A stretch of 64,000 nucleotides of DNA from an uncultured Planctomycetales bacterium (lineage in GTDB: Bacteria; Omnitrophota; Gorgyraeia; Zapsychrales; JANLHA01). Shown here piece by piece: positions 26,807 to 40,166 of this stretch. Where the stretch lies: NCBI GenBank assembly GCA_964489065.1, contig CAZAXH010000003.1, forward strand, positions 63,104-127,103, written 5' to 3'. The notes under the pieces are model-generated. The model did no database searches and was not told the DNA's origin. It worked only from the letters and a program-made list of their open reading frames with translations. Numbering within the stretch: position 1 is the first letter of the stretch; each line of letters begins with the position of its first letter. A program made the position numbers and the translations under genes.

Positions 26807-29257
26807 CTACTCATCCTTAGCAACGACATTCGCAACTGACATAACAACATCCCCTTGCTGCAAAGAAATCAGCTTAACTCCTTGCGTGCTGCGCGAAGAT
26901 TCGCGGATATCGACAATCGGACAGCGGACCATCATTCCAGCTTTAGTAACCGCCATAACCTCGTCCTCAGGCATAACCCCCAAAACACTTACAACCGTGC
27001 CGTTTTTCGGAGTCGCTTTTATATTAATGATTCCTTTGCCTCCTCGGGACTGTATGCGGTATTCCCCAAAAGAAGACCGTTTGGCAAAACCGAGCGACGT
27101 AACGGTTAACAAAGTGCTTTCGGTCCGGTCAATCTCGGAAGGAAAGACCTGCATAGAAACAACAATATCGCCTTTCGATAAATTGATGCCCCTCACCCCC
27201 CTCGCCGCTCGCCCCATGTCCCGTATTTGCTTTTCCGAAAAACGAAGGGCTTTCCCTTGTTTCGTCGCCAGCAAAATCTCATGTTTCCCTCCGCTAATGG
27301 CAGTTCCTATCAGATAATCATCCTTATCAAGATTGATTCCGACAATGCCCCCTTTGCGCGGGTTCCCGAAAGCCGATAACGTTGTTTTCTTAACATTCCC
27401 CTGGGCCGTTCCCATCACAACATAACGATCCTCCGGAAAATCTTTGACGGCGACAATAGAGCTTATATACTCCTCCTTATCAAAAGAAAGGAGATTAACA
27501 ATCGCTTTCCCTTTGGCCCCGCGGGAAGCAATCGGGATTTCATAAACTTTCAGCCAGCGGACGATGCCCTTGTTGGAAAATATCAATAAATAATCTTTAG
27601 AGGAGGCGACAAAAATCTGCTTCACAAAATCTTCTTCTTTGGTCGCCATGGCGCTGATGCCTTTGCCCCCCCTCCTCTGCTTTCGATAAGCGCCCACCCC
27701 CAAACGCTTAATGTATCCTGTATTGCTAATCGTGATCGCCATGTCTTCTTCCGCAATCAAGTCTTCCAATTCGATTTCTTCGGCTTTAGCCGCAATCTCT
27801 GTTCTTCGCTCGTCCCCATACTTCTCTTTTATTTGGAGCAGTTCCTCTTTAATAATCCCATCAATCTTTTTCTCTGACGCCAGAATGGCGCGATACCGTT
27901 CAATGTCTTTTAACAACGCATTATATTCTTCTTCTATTTTGTTTCGCTCCAGCGCCGTCAATCGCTGCAGTTGCATTTCCAATATGGCTTGAGCCTGAAT
28001 CTCGGAAAGGCTAAACTTCTTCATGAGCTTAACCTTGGCCTCCGGGGTGCTCTTAGACGAACGGATAAGCTGGATTATTTCATCTATAAATTTAACCGCG
28101 ATCCGCAACCCTTCTAAAATATGCGCCCGCTTCAAAGCCCGATCTAAATCAAACTGCGTTCGTCTCCTGATGACAAGCCGGCGGTGATTAATATAATGAC
28201 TCAAAATCTGCCGCAAAGTCAAAACCCTCGGGCTGTTATTCACCAGGGCCAAATTAATAACCCCGAACGTCGTCTCCATCTGTGTGTGCTTATATAAATA
28301 ATTCAATATCAATTGCGGCTGCACATCCCGCCGCAACTCTATCACAACCCGTATACCTTCTTTGTCGGACTCGTCCCTGATATCAACTATCCCATCAACG
28401 CTTTTGTTCGAAACATGGTCCGCGATCACTTTAACAAGATTGGCTTTATTGACCTGATACGGCAACTCCGTAATAATAATGGTGTCTTTGCTTCCTTTTT
28501 GCCGTTCAATCGCCGCTTTCGCCCGAACAAGAAGCTTCCCTCTTCCCGTTTCATACGCCTCCCGAATGCCTTCCTTTCCGCAAATAATGCCTCCGGTGGG
28601 AAAATCCGGGCCCTTAATATATTTCATAATCTCTTTTATTTGGGCGTCCGGATTATCAATAAAAAATATCAATCCGTCAATGACTTCTCCTAAATTATGG
28701 GGGGCCATGTTTGTCGCCATCCCAACGGCGATCCCGCTGGAGCCGTTAACCAGCAAATTGGGAATCCCGGAAGGAAGGACTTCCGGCTCTTTCGTGCTCC
28801 CGTCGAAATTCGGTGAAAAATCTACCGTATTTTTGTCGATGTCTTTCAGCATCTCTTCTGATATGGCGGCCAAGCGCGCCTCCGTATAACGATAAGCCGC
28901 CGCGCTATCTCCGTCAATGGAGCCATAGTTTCCCTGCCCGGTTATCAACGGATAACGGAGAGAAAAATCCTGCACCATCCGAACCATCGTTTCATAAACC
29001 GCGACGTCCCCGTGAGGATGATATTTTCCCAACACTTCCCCAACAATGGTTGCGCTCTTTCTAAAAGGCTTGCCGGAATCAAGGCCCAAGCTTTTCATGG
29101 CATAAAGAATCCGCCGGTGTACAGGTTTAAGGCCGTCTCGAACATCCGGCAAAGCTCTCCCCACAATGACGCTCATGGAATAAGAAAGATAAGAGCTTTT
29201 CATCTCTTCTTCTATATAAACAGGAATGATTTTTTCTTTTATCGGCGCACTGTCCAT
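26807..29257 (-). CDS. gyrA: DNA gyrase subunit A
   Basis: 816 aa; GyrA N-terminal motifs ([29 protein letters not shown], active-site [10 protein letters not shown]); C-terminal beta-pinwheel repeats. Confidence 0.95.
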   Translation of the reverse strand: MDSAPIKEKIIPVYIEEEMKSSYLSYSMSVIVGRALPDVRDGLKPVHRRILYAMKSLGLDSGKPFRKSATIVGEVLGKYHPHGDVAVYETMVRMVQDFSLRYPLITGQGNYGSIDGDSAAAYRYTEARLAAISEEMLKDIDKNTVDFSPNFDGSTKEPEVLPSGIPNLLVNGSSGIAVGMATNMAPHNLGEVIDGLIFFIDNPDAQIKEIMKYIKGPDFPTGGIICGKEGIREAYETGRGKLLVRAKAAIERQKGSKDTIIITELPYQVNKANLVKVIADHVSNKSVDGIVDIRDESDKEGIRVVIELRRDVQPQLILNYLYKHTQMETTFGVINLALVNNSPRVLTLRQILSHYINHRRLVIRRRTQFDLDRALKRAHILEGLRIAVKFIDEIIQLIRSSKSTPEAKVKLMKKFSLSEIQAQAILEMQLQRLTALERNKIEEEYNALLKDIERYRAILASEKKIDGIIKEELLQIKEKYGDERRTEIAAKAEEIELEDLIAEEDMAITISNTGYIKRLGVGAYRKQRRGGKGISAMATKEEDFVKQIFVASSKDYLLIFSNKGIVRWLKVYEIPIASRGAKGKAIVNLLSFDKEEYISSIVAVKDFPEDRYVVMGTAQGNVKKTTLSAFGNPRKGGIVGINLDKDDYLIGTAISGGKHEILLATKQGKALRFSEKQIRDMGRAARGVRGINLSKGDIVVSMQVFPSEIDRTESTLLTVTSLGFAKRSSFGEYRIQSRGGKGIINIKATPKNGTVVSVLGVMPEDEVMAVTKAGMMVRCPIVDIRESSRSTQGVKLISLQQGDVVMSVANVVAKDE

Positions 29258-29323
29258 CTATATAAACACCTTTCTTTTGATCTCTCTTACGTCGATGCGC
29301 AGTCTCTCGCGGCAAGACGTTAT

Positions 29324-32067
<2,744 letters not shown>

Positions 32068-32079
32068 GCCGCTCGTTTT

Positions 32080-33168
32080 TTATATGCGCATAGGCAACGC
32101 CAAATATAAATATTTTTCCATTCGAATCACGGCGGCTTTATCCGGCCCCAACAATTCTAAATCAATAGTTTCACTATTAATATTTTTTAAAACATCAATA
32201 AAAAACTGTGGGTTAAAACCAACGACCATTTCTTTTCCGCTATACTGAATAAGAACTTCTTCTCTGGATTCTCCAACATCCGGAGTAATTTTAGAAACGA
32301 CGATTTTATCAAAAAAAACTTCAAGTTTTATTGCCTGAAAATCCGGAGTAGAAAGCAAATTGGCCCGACGGATAGCACTTAAAAATTGTTGAGTATGTAT
32401 TTTTATTTTTGTGGTAATGGGGCTAGGAATAACCTGATGATAATTAGGAAAATCCCCTTCGATAATACGGGTCGCAATCAAAACCCCTTCTATATCAAAC
32501 AAGACCTGATTGTTTCCCACAACAAACGATACCTGCCCTTCTTCATGTAAATTACGGAATATTTCTTGTATTGCCTTTATCGGAATAATAACGGAAATCT
32601 CTTTTTTGGTTGGCGTTAAAATATTATCTTCGGCCTTTGCTAGCCTTTTGCCATCAGTAGCTACCATCTTGATACGACTATCACTTATCTCCATTAAAAT
32701 GCCGTTTAAAATATATCTTGTTTCTTCATGAGAAACCGCAAACGAAGTTAACCGAATCATATCCTTTAAGACAGTCTGCTCTATTTTAATAACCTCTTTG
32801 TCTTTAAATTCTGGAAATTTAGGAAACTCTTCCTTGGGTAATCCGAGCAGTTTAAATCGGCATTTTTCACCATCGATATCAACCTGATTATTTTTTTTCA
32901 CATGAATAGAAATATCCCCAGACGGCAATTCTTTGATTATATCGCTAAATCTTTTTGCGGGAATCGTTATTGCGCCTTCTTCAACAATATCCACAGGAAT
33001 CCCACATGATATTCCAATATCTAAATCTGTTGTATTTACTTTTAAATCTTTTCCTTTAGTTTCTAATAATATATTAGATAAAATAGGGAGCGTGGCTTTG
33101 GAAGAAACGATATTTTGTACAATTTGAATACTTTCTAATAATTTTTCTTTACTAACTTTAATTTTCAT
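32080..33168 (-). CDS. dnaN: DNA polymerase III beta subunit (sliding clamp)
   Basis: 362 aa, three-domain clamp-like sequence; lies directly downstream of dnaA. Confidence 0.9.
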   Translation of the reverse strand: MKIKVSKEKLLESIQIVQNIVSSKATLPILSNILLETKGKDLKVNTTDLDIGISCGIPVDIVEEGAITIPAKRFSDIIKELPSGDISIHVKKNNQVDIDGEKCRFKLLGLPKEEFPKFPEFKDKEVIKIEQTVLKDMIRLTSFAVSHEETRYILNGILMEISDSRIKMVATDGKRLAKAEDNILTPTKKEISVIIPIKAIQEIFRNLHEEGQVSFVVGNNQVLFDIEGVLIATRIIEGDFPNYHQVIPSPITTKIKIHTQQFLSAIRRANLLSTPDFQAIKLEVFFDKIVVSKITPDVGESREEVLIQYSGKEMVVGFNPQFFIDVLKNINSETIDLELLGPDKAAVIRMEKYLYLALPMRI

Positions 33169-33327
33169 AGTTTTCCACTTTCTTTCCTACTAATTCAATT
33201 AATTATTTATAATAAACCGTAGTAATAATAGTAGAGATTGTGTAAAAATTTAATAAACTTAAAACACATTGAAATAAAACAGGTTATATCTTTTTTTTCT
33301 GTTAAAAAGCCGTGTGTTTTTTAAGAA

Positions 33328-34668
33328 TTATTGTTTTAATGTTGTCAGTAATTTTTCAACTTCATGTTTTAACTGCGGATCTTCTTTCAACCCCTCTTCT
33401 ATTTTTCTTAACGAGTGTAAAACCGTGGTGTGGTCTTTCCCGCCAAAAGAATTACCAATTTCCGGAAGAGAAAGACTGGTTAAACGCCTGGATAAATACA
33501 TGGCGACTTGTCTCGGTTTTAAAATGTTTTGAGTCCTTTTTTTTGCTTTCAAATCAGCACAGGTGATATTAAAAAATTCGGCAACGGTTTTTTGAATCAT
33601 TTCGATACTAATAATTTTTACTGTTTCTTTAACCATGTCTCTCAGGACTACTTTGGTTATCTCCAGCGTAATAGGATGTTCCTCTAATAAAGAATAAGCC
33701 AATACTCGGATTAAGGCCCCCTCCAGTTCTCGAATATTGGTTTTAATTTGTTCAGCAATAAAAGTAATAACTTCATCTGGCACGGCGACCGGTTCTTTTT
33801 CGACTTTTTTTCTTAATATTGCAACCCTTGTTTCAAAATCCGGGGGCTGTATATCGGTAATTAATCCCCAGGCAAAGCGGGAGCTTAAGCGTTCTTCTAA
33901 ATTAGATATTTCTTTCGGAGGACGGTCGGACGAGATGATAATTTGTTTATGATTATTATGAAGGGTGTTGAAGGTATGAAAGAATTCTTCTTGGGTTGAT
34001 TCTTTTCCGGCCAAAAAATGAATATCATCAATGAGCAAAACATCGATATGGCGGTATTTTTTTCTGAAATTAGACGTGGATCGGTGTCGGATAGCGTCGA
34101 TTAATTCATTGGTGAATCGTTCCGAAGAAATATAACAACAGGTACTGTTCGGGTAATTTTTCTGAATTTGATGCGTAATGGCCTGCATGAGGTGGGTTTT
34201 TCCCAGCCCGACATGTCCATAGATAAATAAAGGATTATATGCTTTGGCAGGAGATTCGGCGACCGCCATGCAAGCCGAATATGCAAACCTATTAGAAGGC
34301 CCTACGACAAAATTATCAAAAGAAAACCTGGGATTTAGATGAATCGGCGCCGGGTCTTCTTTTTTAGGTAACAGGATTTCTTTGTTGACTATTGGCGGTA
34401 TTTCGGTTTTGTTTGGAGTCAGCAAAGGATTTACCGCGACCTCGTAATGAACGGGATGGGGTATATGTAAACTAATATAATGTTGTATGACGGGAAGATA
34501 ATGTTCAATAAACCAGTTTTGGAAAAACTCATCCGGTGTATGAATAATCAGTTTTTCTGAATCAGGGGATTGTATTTGAATAGAAGAAAACCATGTATCA
34601 TAAGTCGTGGTCCCTAATTGTTCACGAAGCTGGGGCTGTATTTTTTCCCACAGGAGCAGTAGGTTCAT
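33328..34668 (-). CDS. dnaA: Chromosomal replication initiator protein DnaA
   Basis: Walker A GHVGLGKTHLMQA, LLIDDIHFLAGKESTQEEFFHTFN, C-terminal DNA-binding KKRTQNILKPRQVAMYLSRRLTSLSLPEIG..GGKDHTTVLHS. Confidence 0.95.
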   Translation of the reverse strand: MNLLLLWEKIQPQLREQLGTTTYDTWFSSIQIQSPDSEKLIIHTPDEFFQNWFIEHYLPVIQHYISLHIPHPVHYEVAVNPLLTPNKTEIPPIVNKEILLPKKEDPAPIHLNPRFSFDNFVVGPSNRFAYSACMAVAESPAKAYNPLFIYGHVGLGKTHLMQAITHQIQKNYPNSTCCYISSERFTNELIDAIRHRSTSNFRKKYRHIDVLLIDDIHFLAGKESTQEEFFHTFNTLHNNHKQIIISSDRPPKEISNLEERLSSRFAWGLITDIQPPDFETRVAILRKKVEKEPVAVPDEVITFIAEQIKTNIRELEGALIRVLAYSLLEEHPITLEITKVVLRDMVKETVKIISIEMIQKTVAEFFNITCADLKAKKRTQNILKPRQVAMYLSRRLTSLSLPEIGNSFGGKDHTTVLHSLRKIEEGLKEDPQLKHEVEKLLTTLKQ

Positions 34669-35110
34669 GGTCGATAAGGAATCATTTATTAAAGTTGTGA
34701 AAAAATTTTTTATTCACAAGTCGAGTTTTCTTAACTATTTTGAAATAATTAAGTTAAGGGATAGAAAAACAATTAACAGGTTTTCCACAGCTGTGGATTT
34801 TTATAAATCAGCCCCTTGAATTATGAATGAAGAAAATTTTGAACCTATTTGGATTTGAGTTTTCGAACAATATGCAAAACAGAGTTTATATATTATAGCA
34901 AACAAAAATGTGAATGCAACGTTTAATTCAGCAGAAGGTGCTTCCAGGAAAAAAAGTTACGACTTTTTTAAAATCGATTTGTAATTATATTATTTTCTCC
35001 TCGACGAATTAAAGAAAATTTTTATAACACCGTTAAAATATTGCTTTTTTATTCTAATTTAAAATGAAAAAACTTGACTAAGCTTAACCCTATGTTATAA
35101 TTGTCCAATT
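34669..35110. promoter_or_regulatory. Putative oriC/dnaA control region with DnaA-box-like sequences
   Basis: AT-rich intergenic region between divergent dnaA and rpmH; TTATTCACA at 34720-34728 (1 mismatch to TTATCCACA); palindromic pair TTTTCCACAG/CTGTGGATTT at 34781-34800. Confidence 0.45.
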
Positions 35111-35248
35111 ATGAAAAAAGGACTCACAACCCCTACAATATTAAAAGGAAAAAGAACGCACGGCTTTAGAAAAAGGATGTCAACTGCTGACGGTCAAGAT
35201 GTTCTTCGTCGACGTCGCGCAAAAGGCAGAATTCGTCTCTCCAAGTAA
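35111..35248 (+). CDS. rpmH: 50S ribosomal protein L34
   Basis: Hand translation [45 protein letters not shown] (45 aa); below the ORF-track size cutoff. Confidence 0.85.
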   Translation: MKKGLTTPTILKGKRTHGFRKRMSTADGQDVLRRRRAKGRIRLSK

Positions 35249-35270
35249 CTTTTCGGTAGGGCACTTTCTA

Positions 35271-35480
35271 ATGATTAGATTGTTATCGATATTGATAAAA
35301 TCTTATCAAAAGGTAAGCCGTATTTTTTTTCCCAGTACTTGCCGCTATTATCCTTCGTGTTCATATTATGCCCTTGAAGCTATTCATCGTTACGGAATTT
35401 TTCGAGGAATACCTATGGCTTTATGGCGTATAGTACGTTGCAATCCTTTTTCTAAGGGCGGCTACGACCCTGTAAGGTAA
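35271..35480 (+). CDS. yidD: Membrane protein insertion efficiency factor YidD
   Basis: MIRLLSILIKSYQKVSRIFFPSTCRYYPSCSYYALEAIHRYGIFRGIPMALWRIVRCNPFSKGGYDPV (conserved CR.YPSCS.Y and RC.PF..GGYDP); the ORF-track start 35199 overlaps rpmH in another frame, so the internal Met is preferred. Confidence 0.8.
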   Translation: MIRLLSILIKSYQKVSRIFFPSTCRYYPSCSYYALEAIHRYGIFRGIPMALWRIVRCNPFSKGGYDPVR

Positions 35481-35485
35481 TTTTT

Positions 35486-37030
35486 ATGGAAAAAAGGTTA
35501 TTACTCGCAATAAGTTTATCTTTTTTTGTGTTGTTTTTTTGGAATCTCACGCATCCTCCCACCCGCACTTTAAACGCGGTGCGGCCGAGTTTTTTAGAAC
35601 CAGACAACAATTTAACGGAGTCCGCCTCTTTATTGTCCGAGCTGGTCGTTTCTCCTGATATAAATCAACAAGAACAGCTTACGACATTAAGTAACAGTAA
35701 ATTGACGGTGACTTTTTCTACTTTGGGCGGCAGCATTAAACGAATCGTTATGAATGAATATGATGTTTCTTTGCCATTAACTCATTTTAATCAGATGGAA
35801 GATCAGAACAATTTAAATTATCGTATTATAGAAAAAAACGATTCTTTTATTAAATATTCCGCGAATTTTGAGGGAAATCAAATTATAAAACAATATTCAT
35901 TGCTTCCTAATGAATATATAATAAAAATTAATATTAATACTAATCTTAATAGATTTTCTAAAATTAAAGGCTTTAGATTGGACGTTTCCAGTTTGGACAA
36001 AAATACGCGTCAAGCACACGATAAATCATTATTAGAATATTCAATCGCAACAACCCAAAAAGTGATTCGGAAAGCTAACGCATATAAGTTGTCTAATAAA
36101 GATATATTAAATAGTAAAGAATCAGTATCTTGGTTAGGGTTTCGGGATCGCTATTTTTGTGCTATATATAAACCTCTATTTAAAAATCAAGGATATAATA
36201 CAAAATTTAATAACGATAAATTAGATTTTATAATTGAAGCCGACAATAATGTTGGTAATAATTTAGGTGCTGTTTTGTTTTTTGGCCCGCAAGATCTAAG
36301 CCTTTTAGCTTCTTATCCTTATGAATTTGATGGAATTATGAGATTTTCAAATTTTGGAATTTTAAATAGTATCTCTAAAATAGTATATAATTTTTTACAT
36401 TTTATTTATAAAATAATACCCATCTGGGGAGTTTGTATTATTTTAACTGCAATTCTTGTTTATTTTATTATGTATCCTTTGTCTATTAATGGTATGAAAT
36501 CTATGAAGAAAATTCAATCTTTGCAACCAGAAATCACAAAAATAAGGGAGCAACATAAAAACAATCCTCAAAAACTCCAAAAAGAAACTATGGAATTATA
36601 TAAAAGACACCAAGTTAATCCTTTTGGTGGATGCTTGCCATTATTGTTACAAATGCCATTTTTTATTGGAGTTTATCAGGTTTTATGGCGATCGGTTGCT
36701 TTTAAGAACGCTAAATTCCTTTGGATAAAAGATTTATCTCAGCCTGACCATCTTTTTGCTTTCCCTACATCTTTGCCTTTTGTAGGGGAGTATTTTAATC
36801 TTCTGCCGATCTTAATGATTATTATAATGGTTATCCAACAAAAATTTTCTGCTAAAAATATGGTAATTACGGATCCCGCCCAAGAATCTAGTCAAAAAAT
36901 TATGATGTTTTTCTTTCCTCTGATGATAGGCTTCGTATTTTATAATATTGCCAGTGGATTAGCATTGTATTTTACAACATTTTATTTGCTCTCCAGCTTT
37001 ACTCAATGGAAAATATCAAAAATTACCTGA
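35486..37030 (+). CDS. yidC: Membrane protein insertase YidC
   Basis: 514 aa; conserved YidC/Oxa1 core ELYKRHQVNPFGGCLPLLLQMPFFIGVYQVL. Confidence 0.9.
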   Translation: MEKRLLLAISLSFFVLFFWNLTHPPTRTLNAVRPSFLEPDNNLTESASLLSELVVSPDINQQEQLTTLSNSKLTVTFSTLGGSIKRIVMNEYDVSLPLTHFNQMEDQNNLNYRIIEKNDSFIKYSANFEGNQIIKQYSLLPNEYIIKININTNLNRFSKIKGFRLDVSSLDKNTRQAHDKSLLEYSIATTQKVIRKANAYKLSNKDILNSKESVSWLGFRDRYFCAIYKPLFKNQGYNTKFNNDKLDFIIEADNNVGNNLGAVLFFGPQDLSLLASYPYEFDGIMRFSNFGILNSISKIVYNFLHFIYKIIPIWGVCIILTAILVYFIMYPLSINGMKSMKKIQSLQPEITKIREQHKNNPQKLQKETMELYKRHQVNPFGGCLPLLLQMPFFIGVYQVLWRSVAFKNAKFLWIKDLSQPDHLFAFPTSLPFVGEYFNLLPILMIIIMVIQQKFSAKNMVITDPAQESSQKIMMFFFPLMIGFVFYNIASGLALYFTTFYLLSSFTQWKISKIT

Positions 37031-37033
37031 AAC

Positions 37034-37219
37034 ATGAATAATTTTTCTAAAAGCATAGAGGTTGAAGGAGCCACGGTAGAAGACGCCATAAAAAAGGCTT
37101 TAGAAATCTTAAACGTAGGGCGAGAAGATATTGTTGTAAAAATTGTCTGCGAAGAACAAAAAGGGTTGTTTGGTATGGAAGGTGCTAAGCCAGCCAAAAT
37201 AAAAGTTTCTTTAAAATAA
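37034..37219 (+). CDS. Small Jag_N-like protein (N-terminal domain of KhpB/Jag only)
   Basis: 61 aa, IEVEGATVEDAIKKALEILNVGREDIVVKIVCEEQKGLFG; position after yidC is typical for jag, but the KH/R3H domains are absent. Confidence 0.45.
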   Translation: MNNFSKSIEVEGATVEDAIKKALEILNVGREDIVVKIVCEEQKGLFGMEGAKPAKIKVSLK

Positions 37220-37266
37220 GAGATATTTATTTTGATTTTTCACGTGAAAACAATAAGAATAAAAGC

Positions 37267-38325
37267 ATGGTCAAAATAATTGCTGTTTGTAATCAAAAAG
37301 GCGGAACAGGAAAAACAACGACAAGCGTTAATCTTGCGTATGTGTTGGCTTCTTATGGAATTAAAGTCTTATTAGTTGATATGGATCCCCAAGGAAATTC
37401 AACGAGCGGGGTGGGGGTTAATAAAATTTCTTTACAAAATACGGTATATGAAGTTTTGTTGGGCAAGGCAAATGCGGATCAATCTATAGTTAAAAATGTT
37501 TTTCCAAATTTAGATTTAATGCCCTGTAATATTAACCTTACTGGGGCCGAAATTGAATTGGTAGGAATTTTGTCAAGAGAAACGCGGTTAAGAAAAGCTT
37601 TAGATAAAATAAAAAATGAATATGAGTATATTTTTATAGATTCTCCGCCATCCTTGGGATTGTTAACGCTTAATGCTTTGGTTGCCTGTAATTCTGTTTT
37701 GATCCCCATTCAGTGTGAATTTTATGCCTTAGAAGGGGTGTCTCAATTATTAAATACAATTAATTTAATTCGAGACAATCTGAATCCGGCGCTAGAAATA
37801 GAAGGGGTTGTTTTAACTATGGCAGACTTTCGAACAAATTTAACTCACGAAGTGATAGAAGAAATTAATGGGTATTTTTCTAATAAGGTTTATTCTTCAA
37901 TTATTCCTAGAAATGTTAAGTTAAGCGAAGCCCCAAGCTTCGGAAAACCTATTATGTTATATGATCCTAATTGTCTAGGCTCGGAAAAATATAAAGAATT
38001 ATCTATAGAATTAATTGGTTCAGAAAAATATGCAGAGCTAGTCGGCGAGGAAGCTCCTAAAAAAATGCAAATTAATAATCAGAAAATAACGGCAACAGAG
38101 GGTGAGGCTGAAAATAAAGCCGACGTGATTCCGGACAAAAAAATATCTAATGTTAATGAAAATAATTTTAGTGCTGCGAGAGCATTAGATGCCTGGCCGA
38201 CAGTTAACGAAGTAGACAGAAATACATCCGAAGCACAAATAGAATTGAACGAAGAATGGCTTTGGATGACAGAGGAGCCGAATGTTAAGCGGAGAGAAAA
38301 AAAACAGCTTAATGATTTTGAATAA
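37267..38325 (+). CDS. parA: Chromosome partitioning ATPase ParA/Soj with about 100-aa C-terminal extension
   Basis: KIIAVCNQKGGTGKTTTSVNLAYVLA (deviant Walker A); 352 aa versus a typical length near 250. Confidence 0.85.
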   Translation: MVKIIAVCNQKGGTGKTTTSVNLAYVLASYGIKVLLVDMDPQGNSTSGVGVNKISLQNTVYEVLLGKANADQSIVKNVFPNLDLMPCNINLTGAEIELVGILSRETRLRKALDKIKNEYEYIFIDSPPSLGLLTLNALVACNSVLIPIQCEFYALEGVSQLLNTINLIRDNLNPALEIEGVVLTMADFRTNLTHEVIEEINGYFSNKVYSSIIPRNVKLSEAPSFGKPIMLYDPNCLGSEKYKELSIELIGSEKYAELVGEEAPKKMQINNQKITATEGEAENKADVIPDKKISNVNENNFSAARALDAWPTVNEVDRNTSEAQIELNEEWLWMTEEPNVKRREKKQLNDFE

Positions 38326-38352
38326 AAAATGAAATTCCCAGGAGTTTTGATT

Positions 38353-39222
38353 ATGGAAAAAAGAGTGTTGGGGAAGGGGCTGTCGGCGTTAATTCCTGAA
38401 AAAATATCTTCTACAAAAGAAGGTGGTCACCAAGAGGAAGTCGCTTTTTTAAATATAGATATTATAAAAGATAATAGTCAACAGCCACGAAAAAATTATG
38501 ATGTAAAAACAATGGAAGAACTAAAAGCCTCTATAAAAGAAAAAGGATTGTTGCAACCATTGTTGGTAAGAAAAGTTGATGCGGGATATGAGGTCATAGC
38601 TGGGGAGAGGCGTTTGCGGGCGGCACGTGCTTTGAATATGAAGGAAGTTCCCGTGGTTGTGAAAAACGTTAGCAACGAAGAAGCGCTTGTTTTGGCGCTT
38701 ATTGAAAATATCCAAAGAGAAGAATTGAATGCCATAGAGGAAGGCCTTGCATATAAAAGATTGCTAGAGGATTATCATTTAACATATGAGCAGGTAGCAC
38801 AATCTGTTGGAAAAGATATTTCTACGGTTAGCAATATGGTTCGTTTATTAAAGCTTCCCAAAGGGATTCAGGATAAGGTTGTTTCTGGAGAAATAAGCAT
38901 GGGACACGCAAGAGCGCTTGTTGGGGTTGAGGATGCCCAGTTACAGAATAATTTGTTTCAAATTGTTTTAAATAAAAAAATTTCTGTTCGCGAGCTTGAA
39001 AATTTAATTAGAACGGCGCCCGTTCTTAAGGCTAAGAAAAAAAACGAACAAAAAGATCATGAAATTGTTTATTTAGAAGAAGAATTACAAAAGTTGTTGG
39101 GAACCAAGGTGAAAATTCAAGCACGCAAAAAACAAGGAAAATTAATTATTGAATATTATTCTGTTGATGACTTGGACCGAATTTTAAAAATATTTAGGAA
39201 AAACGCCACTTTTTGTGTGTAA
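38353..39222 (+). CDS. parB: Chromosome partitioning protein ParB/Spo0J
   Basis: MEKRVLGKGLSALIP..., GERRLRAARALNMKEVPVVV (ParB box), HTH; start moved to the internal Met just after the parA stop. Confidence 0.85.
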   Translation: MEKRVLGKGLSALIPEKISSTKEGGHQEEVAFLNIDIIKDNSQQPRKNYDVKTMEELKASIKEKGLLQPLLVRKVDAGYEVIAGERRLRAARALNMKEVPVVVKNVSNEEALVLALIENIQREELNAIEEGLAYKRLLEDYHLTYEQVAQSVGKDISTVSNMVRLLKLPKGIQDKVVSGEISMGHARALVGVEDAQLQNNLFQIVLNKKISVRELENLIRTAPVLKAKKKNEQKDHEIVYLEEELQKLLGTKVKIQARKKQGKLIIEYYSVDDLDRILKIFRKNATFCV

Positions 39223-39332
39223 CGCGCTGAGAACAAACAAGTTGTGTTTGTGAGAAGCGATCCCACAGCGCTACTTCAAAATAGGTTTTTTATAAAAAAT
39301 TTTTGTTAGATTAGATAAGAAATGAGGAAACA

Positions 39333-40157
39333 ATGATTGCAGGAATGACAGGTTATGGACACGTACATTTTTCTTTTGGACAAATGAAGGGGTTTATTGA
39401 AATAAAAAGTCAAAACCATCGTTATTTGGATTTTGTTTGTTATCTGCCCGTTGGCTTTGGAATTTTGGAAAACAAAATAAAAAACATTGTCCAAAAAGAA
39501 ATTTCTCGGGGGCGAGTAACGGTTTCTTTGAAAATTACAGAAAAAACTTCCCAGAATGTCCAATTTAACAAATATATTATTGCGGAATATTTAAAAGAAG
39601 CGAAAAAGCTGCAAAAAGAGTTCAGTTTGGACAATTCTTTAAGCATTGCTAATCTTGTTTCTCTTCCAGGGGTTGTGGAAACAAAGGACGCAGAATTAGA
39701 TGTAGAGAAATTTTGGACAGCCAGCCTTGGTGCGTCTTTTCAAAAGGTCATGAAAAGTTTAATGACTATGCGTAAGAGCGAGGGGAAAAGCCTGGAAAAA
39801 GACATTGCGTATGTTTTAAAGAGAATGGGTGTTCAGGTTAATAATATCGAATCCCGTACAAAAACTATTCTGCGTGAAAATAAAAAGGTTCTTAGTCCAG
39901 AAGAGTTTACGTCTTTTCAAAAGGGATGTGAAATTAATGAAGAAATTACTCGTTTAAAACATTATGTGGAAGAATATAAGTTGTTGTTAAAAGCTGCTGT
40001 CCCTGTCGGGAAAAAAATGGATTTTATTGCTCAAGAAATGCAGCGGGAAACGAACACAATAGGATCAAAACTGCAGGACCAAATTGTTTCCAATTCTGTT
40101 ATTGCTTTAAAAAGCAAAATAGAAAGACTGCGGGAGCAGGCACAAAATATAGAATAA
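39333..40157 (+). CDS. yicC: YicC-family protein (stress-induced endoribonuclease YicC-like)
   Basis: MTGYGHVHFSFGQMKGFIEIKSQNHRYLD; the yicC-gmk-rpoZ order is conserved. Confidence 0.75.
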   Translation: MIAGMTGYGHVHFSFGQMKGFIEIKSQNHRYLDFVCYLPVGFGILENKIKNIVQKEISRGRVTVSLKITEKTSQNVQFNKYIIAEYLKEAKKLQKEFSLDNSLSIANLVSLPGVVETKDAELDVEKFWTASLGASFQKVMKSLMTMRKSEGKSLEKDIAYVLKRMGVQVNNIESRTKTILRENKKVLSPEEFTSFQKGCEINEEITRLKHYVEEYKLLLKAAVPVGKKMDFIAQEMQRETNTIGSKLQDQIVSNSVIALKSKIERLREQAQNIE

Positions 40158-40166
40158 GCGATCAGC

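Noticed and set aside
26655-27317. 220-aa plus-strand ORF
   Set aside because: Antisense to gyrA
35199-35270. Longer yidD start ([12 protein letters not shown]...)
   Set aside because: This frame overlaps rpmH, which is clearly recognisable as L34; the conserved YidD sequence begins at the internal Met
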